Positions 1-10,126 of a DNA stretch of 64,000 bases are shown here, one piece after another. How positions within the stretch are numbered: position 1 is the first letter of the stretch; every line of letters starts with the position of its first letter. A program made the position numbers and the translations under genes. The notes beneath the pieces were generated by a model. That model did not search any database, was not told the DNA's origin, and saw only the letters and a program-made list of their open reading frames with translations. The stretch comes from Oopsacas minuta. Taxonomy: Eukaryota; Animalia; Porifera. Where the stretch lies: NCBI GenBank assembly GCA_024704765.1, contig JAKMXF010000144.1, positions 62,001 to 126,000 on the forward strand, read 5' to 3'.

Positions 1-3000
1 AAAAGTAGAGAGCTTATTGCTTCTTTGGTTAGGAGGTTGCATTTCTATACATTCCATTAACACCTGTAGAATAGGTGTCTGTCTTGCTATGACATAATGT
101 GGACACAAATCTGGTGTGCCACATAAGTTAAATAACAACATAAACACGAATTGTCTTGCTATCACATCTTTCTTATTAATCGACCACTTCGACAATTCTT
201 TGATCAGTTCAGTCAGCTGTTTGACAGGTGTCGCTAGGATGTAGTCCACATTGGCTGGGAGGACGGACAGTTTGGAAAGAGACTCAAGGACCAATCTCTT
301 AGGGGACAACCAGGTGGTGTTAGAGAGTGGCGGGAGAGGATCATGGCACATCGAAGAGGGACAAATGAGCCAATGAATTAATGAATTTAAGAGACGTTGT
401 GTTACACTTGAGGGGTAGAGAGAGAATTCCAAAGCTCCAGCTACGTTGCATAAAACCACAAATATGTCCTCGCGAACATTCTCCAGATAGCTCCACCACC
501 ATTCACACCTGTATACGTATACAGATAAATAAACAGCTGATAGAATGGTAAAATCTTATATAACTTACTTATTTGCTTCTAACACGTACTCAGATGTGTC
601 GCATGTGTCCTCTAAGGTGTCAAATATGTCGCTACTGTCCTCTGTCCTGTTTGAGAGACACAGAGCCTCCGGGTGTTGATGTTTTAGCAGCAATAAGTGA
701 CCAATCAGTGACAAGAGAGAGGTGTGTTTAGATAGCACCATATGATTTCCAGGAATAAAACTTAAGCATCTAATTAGATTAGATATACAAATAGCCATGT
801 GACCACATTGTGTTTCATGTGTCGTGTGTAAGAATACCACATTGTCAAGTGGTCGTACAACTTCATCTTCAACATCTGGTGAGTCAGCTGATGTATTATT
901 AGTTCCAGTTGTTGTCACCTTAGAACTATAATACACAATACAATATATACAAGGTCTTAAGAAATATGTCAAATAGTGGCATACCCTAATGGTGTTTCTA
1001 AAATAGGAAGAGTGGTGTGATTCTGTTGTGTCACATTCCTGAGCTCAACCGGTAGATCCTCATCAGCTAGAGGTGTTAGTTCGAGTTTGGATTCAGCTTC
1101 AGGTAATGCTACAATTTCACCAGGAAATATATCAGATAGACACTTCACCCAGCATGCCACCAGAGCGTCCAGTAGCCCGTGAGCGTTAGTGAGGTTGTAC
1201 AGGTCTCTTGTCCCATTATGATTAAGTAGTATGGTGAGGTAGTCCAGTGCCCATGCGGTGTCGGTTAACACCCCACTTCTGAGTGCCATAGTTAATCTGA
1301 ATGGGTCTGTCATGGACTGGTTAGGAGGCTGTTTCTTCCTCTTACGTATGATAGGGGTGGAATACTCCACACCACCTCTAGCAAGGTCAGATGGTCTCTT
1401 CTGTGTGACATGTGGTTTATCTAACACCTCGCTAGAGGGTATGACTGGCTTATCTCTGGGGACACGTGATTTAGGTTCATGAACAGCTGGAGCAGGTTGT
1501 GTCCTCGAGGTGTCAGTGGATGGAGTGGCACGAGGTGGCACATATCCCCAATCCTCCTGTTTATGAGGAGAGGACCATCTCTGTGATTGTATCATAGAGT
1601 GCATGAGACGGGAGGTGTAAGGGTGTTTGGGTGGCATAACGTGGTAGGATTCTTGTGGTATATGTGGATACATTGAGGTGTAATATTGATAAGGATTTGA
1701 ATGTGGCTCTATGCCATCTGGAATAGAATGTTCCTGCTTAATCTTAGGGGGCTTTAAAATGTCCAATCCCTGGTTCTTACTCCTATTGGGCATATAGGGC
1801 GGTGAGGTGGAGTCTAGGAAGGAGAGGGGATCTGATTTGAAGGTCTGAGGGAGGTGTGGAGTGTCCTCTTCTAACTGAAATGGTTTAATGTCAGAAGAAG
1901 TTGGTCTGTCCTCCAATGTGGCACAAGGTGTCGGTCTGTCACGTGTTAATTTACTGGGAGAACTCATGCCACTTATGAGAGAGCCAGGTGACTCTGGAAT
2001 ATCCTGAGACTCCTCAGAAGGTGGCGCGGGAGATGTGACACTTAAAGTGTCACTGTGACAATTCTGCTGTTTACGTGTCCGGGTGGCAGAGCGACACAAT
2101 TCTAGAATTGGCTCAATTGGCTCTCCACGTTTATGGGAGATGAATGGTAGCAACCACCTTAGATAAATCTGTTTAAGAGCTTTTATTCCTGCAGCACCTT
2201 TAGACTGATAGTTGAAAAACTAAACAATAAAATAATAGAACAGTTAAACAATTAAACGATAATACGGATAAACGGTTAAACGATAGAATGTTTAGGAATA
2301 ATAACCTGGAATATTTGCTTCCATTCTTTCTTCTCACAGACCTGTTTGATACCTCCGTGTGACTCCACCACTCTATGTAGCCTGAACAAATTCACCTCCT
2401 CTCCGCCCACAGATGGCACACGTGTCGGAGTGGCATACACACCACCTTGTGCCTCGTATAGGTAATGCATCAGTTGATAATAGAACTCCTGTCCCTCTCT
2501 CCCCTGCTCCTTCTGGTACTCAGGGTACAATCCATGGTCCAGAATCCACTGCTCGAAGGGGAGAGATGAGTCAATCTTTTTCCTTCCGGGACCTCTCTTG
2601 GGGGTAGAGAGGAGGGAGGGAGGGGTGTTCACAGTAAGGTGTGAAGGGGTTGAATGTTGTCTGGGGAGGCTAGCTGCCTCCTCTCGAGAGAAGGACCCTG
2701 TCTCAATACTGGGGTACCTAAATGGTGTCTGAGGGGTAGAGAGACAGGAGTTCTTCGAGCCTTGTGAGTGCAGGTCTGGGATAGAGGGTGTGGGGGTACG
2801 TGCCATACCGAAGGGGACAGGAGGAGGGCTGAGATGTGGGGTGTTAGGAGGATTAGGGAAGGAAGGGAAGTCTGAATTGGTCTGAGACAGATTGCTCCTG
2901 GGGGCTTGTAGCGTCCTCATAGGAGACATGTTCTGGTTATTCATGTGATGAGGTGACATGTTATGAGGGATAGGACCAGCGGCCTGTTTTATGTCCCTCT

Positions 3001-3441
3001 GCATCCCTGGGTACGTGTTCCCCGGTACATAGGTCCATACATATGTGGGTATATAGGATGATGGTGTCCCCACTCATTGGGCCAGGTCTGCTCCTGCTGT
3101 GGCACGCCAGATGGCATGGTTTCTACCATAGGTGTCATTTCTTGTCCCCATTGGCTCCACTCGGGGTTAGGTCTCCGCTGCATGGCAGGGGATCCTATAT
3201 GATAGGGTGATAAGTCGTAGGGGGCTTGTGGATACATGTAACTGGGGTAGGGCTGTCGGGGGTGAGGGTATTGATAGTAATCAGGAGGTTTCTGTTTGGC
3301 GTGTGAAATATCTTTGTGGTTCTTGTAAATGTTCTGTTGGATGGCTAATTGTGGCTCAATGCCACTTGAATTCAATGCAGGGGTGTTGGGAAGTGGTTGA
3401 GTGTGAGTGTTCCACTTTTGTGGCAATGCTCCGTTACTCAT
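1..3441 (-). CDS. ARID1: ARID1A/B (BAF250/Osa)-like SWI/SNF subunit, multi-exon, runs off window start; apparent frameshift near 3020-3025
   Basis: ARID domain (FYYQLMHYL...VNLFRLHRVVESHGGIKQVCEKKEWKQIF...LKQIYLRWLLPF) in ORF 2276-3073 plus next exon. BAF250_C motifs LTMALRSGVLTDTAWALDYLTILL (ORF 969-2153), ICISNLIRCLSFIPGNH...HQHPE (ORF 565-972) and WWWSYLE exon near 480-510. Q/P/Y-rich N-terminus from ATG 3441. Confidence 0.85.
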
Positions 3442-3471
3442 AAGACTACAAATCTAATCTACATTCCATTA

Positions 3472-3485
3472 GTAACCATGGCAAC
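3472..3485 (+). promoter_or_regulatory. RFX X-box in ARID1/LONRF divergent promoter
   Basis: GTAACCATGGCAAC fits GTNRCC-N0-3-RGYAAC; related ATAACCATGGTTAC at 3509-3522; lies in the 156-nt head-to-head gap. Confidence 0.55.
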
Positions 3486-3597
3486 ATAACGAACAGATAT
3501 TATATAGCATAACCATGGTTACAAAATACGTGTAAAGGTATTAGTATTTATTTGTAGGTTAGGGAAGGATCTTCTCATCAAAGGGGAGAGGGAAGGA

Positions 3598-6154
3598 ATG
3601 AAAATGATCTGTGAGAGGATCTGGCAACACATTTGTGTCGAGAGAGAAAAAGTGGCACGTGTGGGACACATTTTCAAATGGCAGAGACAGAAAATTGTGT
3701 CACTAAAACCTGAAGAAGTGGAGTGTAGCTTATGTTGTAGATTGTACTACAGACCGACCACCACACCATGTGGTCACACCTTATGTGAGCCCTGTCTTAA
3801 CAGGTAGGACACAATTTATCGACCCCATGTTACCATGACATATATTTCCTAATCTCATAGGTGTTTAGACCACAATACAATTTGTCCGGTATGCAGATCT
3901 CCTCTCACTATCATGCTGGGTAAATACCAACATAAGCCATGCATTGCCTTAGCAACCATCTTGAAAGAATGTCTCCCAGAGGTATGTAAGGAAGATTAAA
4001 TGATTACAAATATTTAATTATTGTGACATTAGCAAAATTCCATAATATGACGTCACAAATATAACTTTGAAATTTGAGAAACTAGCGAGCTGACATAAAC
4101 TAAATTGGAACTAATAAAGGCGCCAATTCTCATTAATCCCATACGTGGCGTAATAATTAGATGGATAGAATTTCAAAGGTGGCATTTTGACTCGCGTGGG
4201 CAGAGTTCTAAATTTAGAACTCAATGATGAAACATAATTTCTATATTATTCAAATAATCAACCGCAATTATTTGTAAAGTAATCTCTATGAAACCAGATA
4301 GGAATTTACTGATGAACGAGCAAAGAGAGAGCGTGACGTGTGGGAAGCCACTTACTTACCATTCATTGATATATTCACCACTTTATACAATTAAATAACA
4401 CTCATCGTTCCACTTCTGTTTCATTGCCACATACCTGGTGTATGTTATGACGTCATGAGGGGGGAGGGGAGGGTAGAGAGGGGTGCAGAGACAAAGACTA
4501 GGGAGTAGAACAGATTGTATCTGAACTAGCTCAATGCAGACTACTATAAGAACCGATCTCTAAGCCTATTCACTGTGGAAATATTATCACAGTATATGGA
4601 AGCCTACCAGCTAATGTATTCATATAGGCTTATGGTTTCTGTTCTTATAACTGTATGCCCCCAGTGGATAGTTGTCTCAGGGAGCTGTAAAGGGGACAGG
4701 GGGGCATGAGGCGTGGGGGTAGGGATTAATTAGCTAAGGGGTGGCATTGTTAGAGAATAGTTATCACTAGATCAATTGCAATTACAAACTGAAAGTATTA
4801 TATACATACGCTCTAGCTGTACCAGTTACACGACATATTCTAATAGAATAATTATTGGATCACGTCAGTAGACCCATGGGGGATACGAATACTGATCTCC
4901 AGTACCAGATCGACCCCTGGGGGATACGAATACTGATCTCCTGGTACCAGATCGACCCCTGGGGGATAGTAATTCTGGTCTCCTGTAGGTGTTGGTTATT
5001 ATAATGTAAATATTGTGAATATTCTAAATGGCTGAAGTCTTATATTTGTGACGTAATCAGTCATACACAGTATCCCTGCCACTTACCAAATGGTGTCGAA
5101 AAGACAGACACATTTGTGAAATGATTGAAATTAAAATATTACAAATCATAACTGAATAACGAAAAGGTAGACTTGTGCAGGTGTTTATCCAGGAATTTCT
5201 GGGATGACAATTATTTGGAGGGTAACATGCTAATCCCCTGTACTAATTTGAGCCTCACGGTCGACACTTTGTGTCCTTCATCACCTAGATAACCCCTGGC
5301 TATGTGTCAGAAGGTACTAGTAGCACCTAGTCACTGATCCCCATGGGTCTATACCCCATATATGGTTAATAGGACTACTTAGAGAGGGAGAGGGAGCACA
5401 GATCGGAGCAAGGGACCCTGATAAACCTGACAGAAATCCTCTCGACAGATGGATACCAGGACAGTTTTGAGTTATCATTATTCGTCTGTTGTCTAGCATT
5501 TCCATACGTACAATGTAACCTTCACATATTTGAACCTCGGTAAGGTGTCATAATATGGAACTAACGGATATGATTATAATATATTCTATAGATATCGTTT
5601 GATGATAAGACAAGCATGGGAGAGTGAAAGTAAGTGCTTTGGAATGTGTGTGCCACTTGGCGACACATTTTATCAATTTGGAACTATCTTGAAAATAAAT
5701 AACCATCAAATCTTGGATGACGGAAGAGTTATGATAAATACCATAGGTGTTAGGAGGTTAGTTCTATTTTAGAACTTTTAATAAGTGTCAGCTATTTATG
5801 GACGTGTTTAGATTTACTGTCCTGTCTCACTACAAGAGAGATGGATACATTGTGGCACTGGTTTGTCTTATAAGTGACACAGACCGACACATCGAGTCGG
5901 AAAGGGTTTCTGTAGAAATGAGGAATGCTCTAGCTTATGCGGTCTCAAGCGCCAACGTCCAAATTGCAGAGATGCTGGGTACGATCCCTGAACACTCTGA
6001 GGGAGAGGAGGGACCTGACGGACCCGGTTGGATATGGTACGGATTAGGATTGGCTCATCTCAGAGGTACAGAGATCTCCCCGGAGGTGTTAGGTGACACC
6101 TCTGCTATATCTCGTTACAGAAAATTAAGAGATTTATTTTTGAGAAAATTTTGA
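3598..6154 (+). CDS. LONRF: LON peptidase N-terminal domain and RING finger protein
   Basis: RING (CSLCCRLYYRPTTTPCGHTLCEPCLNR|CLDHNTICPVCR). After a 1390-nt intron (3982-5371): DYLERE...LFVCCLAFPYVQCNLHIFEPR|YRLMIRQAWESESKCFGMC (LON/PUA-like domain) and last exon GPDGPGWIWY. True start codon uncertain. Confidence 0.85.
4869..5351. mobile_element. Possible decayed MITE (13-bp inverted repeat beginning/ending with TA)
   Basis: TAGACCCATGGGG at 4869-4881 is the exact reverse complement of CCCCATGGGTCTA at 5339-5351; the minisatellite forms subterminal repeats. Short IR, so could be chance. Confidence 0.3.
4871..4985 (+). repeat. 41-42 nt minisatellite, about 2.7 copies, in LONRF intron
   Basis: GACCC(A/C)TGGGGGATACGAATACTGATCTCC(A/TG)GTACCAGATC at 4871 and 4912, partial copy at 4954; no spacers. 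Confidence 0.9.
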
Positions 6155-6271
6155 GAATTCTAAATTTAGAATTTCTGCCAAATTTATACTCACATTATCC
6201 TTTTGTTATATTATTTCACACCTGTGCCACATTTCACACTCATGTCACAATTTAATTAATCATCCTGTAGA

Positions 6272-6781
6272 ATGTTAGTGTGGCTATTAATAGCAGTCAT
6301 ACTTTCATATAACGCACATTCCTACGGAGTGTTAGCGTTGCTAGAGGAAAGTTCTTGTCAGCAACTTAATACCAGCTGTGAGGAATGTGTGAAGGGTCTA
6401 TCTGGTGTTAATTGCTATTTCTGTAAAGGGGAGTGTCTAGACCTCCAGGGGATCAATTCAGGGGTCTGTACCTTAGAGGACATTAACCTGGGACAGTGCA
6501 GTCTCTCAGCTCTCGGCCTTATCGTGGTTATAAGTGGTGCGGCGTTTCTAGTGGCAGTTGCTGGATGTGCCACTTTTTGTGCCACTATTTATTGCTATTG
6601 CCGGTTTTGTCGCAAAAAAATGCGTGCGACCCATACACAAAACCGAGTAGACGCTGAGATGAGTGAGATGCAGGAACGCCACGCCCAGAGGAGGTCTGCA
6701 CGTACAGCTAGGGGTGACGAACTGAGACGTAAATACGGCCTAGCAGATGAGGACGACATGAGCAAATATCAGAGATTTTAG
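6272..6781 (+). CDS. PTTG1IP: PTTG1-interacting protein (PBF)-like; signal peptide, PSI domain, TM, intronless
   Basis: Signal peptide; CQQLNTSCEECV...CYFC...C PSI pattern; hydrophobic TM followed by Cys-rich CYCRFC; C-terminal DELRRKYGL...YQRF tail typical of the family. Confidence 0.8.
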   Translation: MLVWLLIAVILSYNAHSYGVLALLEESSCQQLNTSCEECVKGLSGVNCYFCKGECLDLQGINSGVCTLEDINLGQCSLSALGLIVVISGAAFLVAVAGCATFCATIYCYCRFCRKKMRATHTQNRVDAEMSEMQERHAQRRSARTARGDELRRKYGLADEDDMSKYQRF

Positions 6782-6854
6782 AGTATTTTAATAACAAAAA
6801 TTGTCTGTTTTGAGATTTTATGAAAACTTTAATTTTAATAAAGTTTTTTTTCTA

Positions 6855-6893
6855 CAAACAAACAAACAAACAAACAAACAAACAAACAAACAA
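6855..6893. repeat. (CAAA)n microsatellite directly after VMA21 stop
   Basis: About 9-10 perfect CAAA units; reads (UUUG)n on the VMA21 sense strand. Confidence 0.95.
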
Positions 6894-7148
6894 TTACTCA
6901 GTTTTGTAAGTTTCCTCTTTGTATGCTCTTATGGCATACAAAGCTATAAAAATATGAATAGTCACAACAGCTATAAAAGCAGCTGTTATATCACCTCTTG
7001 TTTGTGTAAAGTTAAAGTAGTAAACAGTTATAAATCTTGTCAGGAAGAATAACAAAATTGGTAGAATTAGTGTAGTTAGGACAAATCTTAGGTGAGACAG
7101 TATCACACTATCTTCTGATGGTTTGGGGTGTTTGGGTTGTGACGTCAT
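6894..7148 (-). CDS. VMA21: V-ATPase assembly factor VMA21
   Basis: 84 aa, two TM helices, AAFIAVVTIHIFIALYAIRAYKEE resembles the family AAIVAVVAVHVVLALFVYVAWNE motif. Confidence 0.8.
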   Translation of the reverse strand: MTSQPKHPKPSEDSVILSHLRFVLTTLILPILLFFLTRFITVYYFNFTQTRGDITAAFIAVVTIHIFIALYAIRAYKEETYKTE

Positions 7149-7328
7149 AGCTAATTATTAAATGGGAAACAAATAATTTCTTAATAATAGAGGACACATT
7201 CCTGTCCAATTTAGACCCCTCAAGGGTCCAAAAAATATTATTCGTAGTTTGTGTATTGGTTCAGGAACTGATAATAGAAATTTAAATGTGGCATGTAGGT
7301 GTGAAATGTGGCGCTTATAAAATTAGAA

Positions 7329-7412
7329 CAGCGGTTCCCAACCTGTTGCTCATGAGACATTTAGTGGTCCACGAATGACAGCAGGGGTCTATGAGTGAAT
7401 AGGGAACTGCTG
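7329..7412. mobile_element. 84-bp hAT/Charlie-like mini-element
   Basis: Left end CAGCGGTTCCCAA; right end reverse-complements to CAGCAGTTCCCTA (11/13). Internal TTAGTGGTCCAC recurs at 52841; a similar left end CAGAGGTTCCTAACC at 54237. 8-bp flanks do not match, so TSD not confirmed. Confidence 0.5.
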
Positions 7413-7462
7413 ATTCTTGTCTATTATATTGCTATAAATAAATAACATACCTAGCCGTTGCT

Positions 7463-10055
7463 ATGGACTATGAGAAGCTACTCACGAGGGCGTTGAAGGA
7501 GGAGAGGGGACACGCACCACACGTAGAACTAACCAACACCCTTGACAACTTAATAGGACAGTCAGTGGACTATGACGTAATAGCAGTAGCACAATCTACG
7601 TGGCAGCGTACCAACAAAGAGAGGCTTAGTCATGCGTTAAATTCCCGAAATTTTATCCTACAAATCCCAGCTGAGAGAGGACTAGACGCCCAGGGGTACA
7701 AATGTGCCTCATGTGCTACTCCCATCGGGATCATATTTGGACCCTCTAGGGTGTGTGCTTATAACGGGAAGGCTTACTGTCCGGACTGCTTCGGGAACTG
7801 TGAACGGCTTATACCAGGTTGTTAATATTATAATAGAACATATTTGATAATATAGCTCGTTGCTAGAGAAATAATTTATGATTCTACTCGTAGATTGTAA
7901 ATAATTATAAATATTTTAATTAGCAAATACAAACTAACAAACAAACTAACAAACAAACTAGTAAACAAATTAGTAATATATTTGTAGACTGTAGTTCTTA
8001 TTATCTGACACACTAACTAATCTCCTGTTTGAAGTTATAGCTATTCCTCGGGGGTAATATAACATTCCTTGTTGGTGTCCCTCTGTTCCTATCGTGTGTA
8101 GGAGATTGCCTTCTGGAGAGAATACCCGAATTGTGTGAGAGCCTTCATCGCTAATAATAAAGTTGTTAAGTGGATCTAGACAGAAGAAGCGAGCGCGTAA
8201 CATGTCCATTCCTTGTCCACAGGTAATGAGGGAGTGTAGCTTGTCTCCCTCTAGGGTTAGCACGTGTATACACGGGTTGTTATTTGGACACAGTACGTAC
8301 ATGCGGTCACGTGACACTTTAACATCATATGGTCTTGTGATTGACTGATGAGTAATGTTACGGAGATGGTTCAGTTCTGTGTCGTGTACGCTGATTCTGT
8401 TGTTATCGCTATCTGCTATAAACACGTGACCAATGGGATCTGTTGTTAGTTGTCTAGGATATTTGAATTGTCCGCTTTTTGATCCCCTACCTCCTATCTC
8501 CCTAACAAGACTCATGTCAGTTAGTGTGAATTGGTTTATAGTATGACCTTCCAAGCTGTTGACATACACATTCTCTCTGTGTATAGCTATACCCCATGGA
8601 AGAATCAGCTGTCTACACCCAGCTGATTGAGGTACTCTCCTGAGTCTGAGAATATCACTACTCTGTTATTGCTACTATTAGCTACGAATATTTGTTGTGT
8701 ATCTTCATGTATAGCTACACCTAATGGAAAATACAACTCGCCAGGACCATAACCTATCTCCCCAGTAGCAACAGTGGAAGTTTGGAATTTTGCATAATCT
8801 GGTACTCCTGCTGGTACCTGTACGATATCTCCTAGACGGGATATACTCGTTTCTAGATCACGTGCGACGCACTTCCACTTTAATTGTGTCTCTACGGGGA
8901 TATTATTTTGTAGGTCTCGTAATTTGTCCTGCATGGACTGGAGGGGATTTTCTCTCAGGTCTTCTTGGAGGTGTGCTTGGGCCTCTGTTAGTTGGGCGAT
9001 CATTTGGTCTCGAGCGATTTCTGCGGCTCTCTTGTCTTCACGGATATAACGGACTAGCTCCAGCAACTGAACTCTTCGGACATTCAGTAGCCCTATGAGA
9101 CCATCTATGGTGTAGTTGATGTGTGTCTCTATGGGGTCTACAATTTGTGGGGCGGTTGGGCATCGTTCTGCCATTTGTTAGTGAATATTTTGAATAGTTT
9201 AGATAGGAATTGGTTGCTTGGGATAATCTTGTGTATTTATAGCTGTAGATTGTGTTAATATATTATTTGTTTGAATAAACACGAGGTTATACAGGTGTAT
9301 GTTATTATGTCTCGTTGCTAGGATACTGTAAGGAATGTGGTTTATAGTTACTAATTCCAATAATTAACACTAATCTAATTATAACAGGTCGTATGCTACA
9401 AAACTGGGACTTCTATATGCATAGAGTTAGCAAGGAGAGTGCGTCTGTCATAGATGAGATAGTTTCCATTCCAATGCTACACATGACAGCTCTGGCACCA
9501 GAACTACATCTATATGTAGGAAGCCTAGACAAAGTTAGGAAGCTGAGACACCAATTAAGTGGATTGTGTCGCTATCTTAACGCCTGTAAAAAAGTGGCAG
9601 AGGCAGAGGGATGGCATCGTGCCATTTCTAAATTCAAGAACAAGGAATACCTACTAGAACACACAGACATATACTCAGTTCAGGACCTGGTGAGGGTACA
9701 CATGAGCCTCATGGTACCAGAACTAAAGGATTGTGTTAATGAAGGAATTTCACACGTCAAGTCATGCTCCGTGTGTCAGGGACAAGCATTTATTTGTGAG
9801 GTATGCTAATAATCACTTAACACCTCTGTAACTATGTAAATATTCCTGGTATGTCAAGAATTTATAAATATTTTATATTAGATCTGTAACCAAGGACCAG
9901 CACTGTTCCCATTTCAAGTAGACAGAATATGGAAGTGTCCCAAATGTAGTTCCGTATACCATCTCATCTGCAAGCCTGCCACCACCCACTGTCCTAGGTG
10001 TCTACGACTATCCAGCAGGCGCCATACTGCCACTGAACCACTCAATGTGAATTAA
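7463..10055 (+). CDS. Rubicon-homology (RH, zf-RING_9) domain protein, PLEKHM/DEF8-like; exons 7463-7817, 9388-9800, 9882-10055
   Basis: ERGLDAQGYKCASC...VCAYNGKAYCPDC...LIP|GRMLQNWDF...LRHQLSGLCRYLNAC...HVKSCSVCQGQAFICE|ICNQ...FPFQ...CPKCSSVYHLIC...CPRC. Splice phases join in frame. Confidence 0.8.
7970..9174 (-). CDS. Intronless coiled-coil + NHL-repeat beta-propeller protein (TRIM-NHL-like, no RING/B-box), nested antisense in intron 7818-9387; frameshift at ~8613
   Basis: ORF 8605-9174: coiled coil then GYGPGELYFPLGVAI...IFVANSSNNRVVIF. ORF 7970-8569: GQFKYPRQL...VFIADSDNNRISV, PYDVKV, LYYPRGIAI. Adding one G at GGT GTA G[G]A CAG restores LGVGQLILPWGIAIH. Could be a pseudogene or an assembly error. 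Confidence 0.75.
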
Positions 10056-10126
10056 TAATATTATAGCAAAGGTGTGAATATAGTATATACAAAACAAGTA
10101 ATAATTATAAATCAGGTAACTGGTGG

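Noticed and set aside
4224-4312. Box C (ATGATGA) and box D (CTGA) 85 nt apart, a possible intronic snoRNA
   Set aside because: The terminal stem is only about 3 bp and I recognise no rRNA-complementary guide; an Rfam/snoscan run would be needed.
4871-4985. CRISPR-like 41-nt repeats with a palindromic core
   Set aside because: Units are contiguous with no unique spacers, lie in a eukaryotic intron, and there are no cas genes; it is a minisatellite.
7856-9321. 11-bp direct repeat CTCGTTGCTAG flanking NHL-1 as a target-site duplication
   Set aside because: It is the X-box half-site that recurs all over the window, and no poly(A) tail or TIRs lie inside it.
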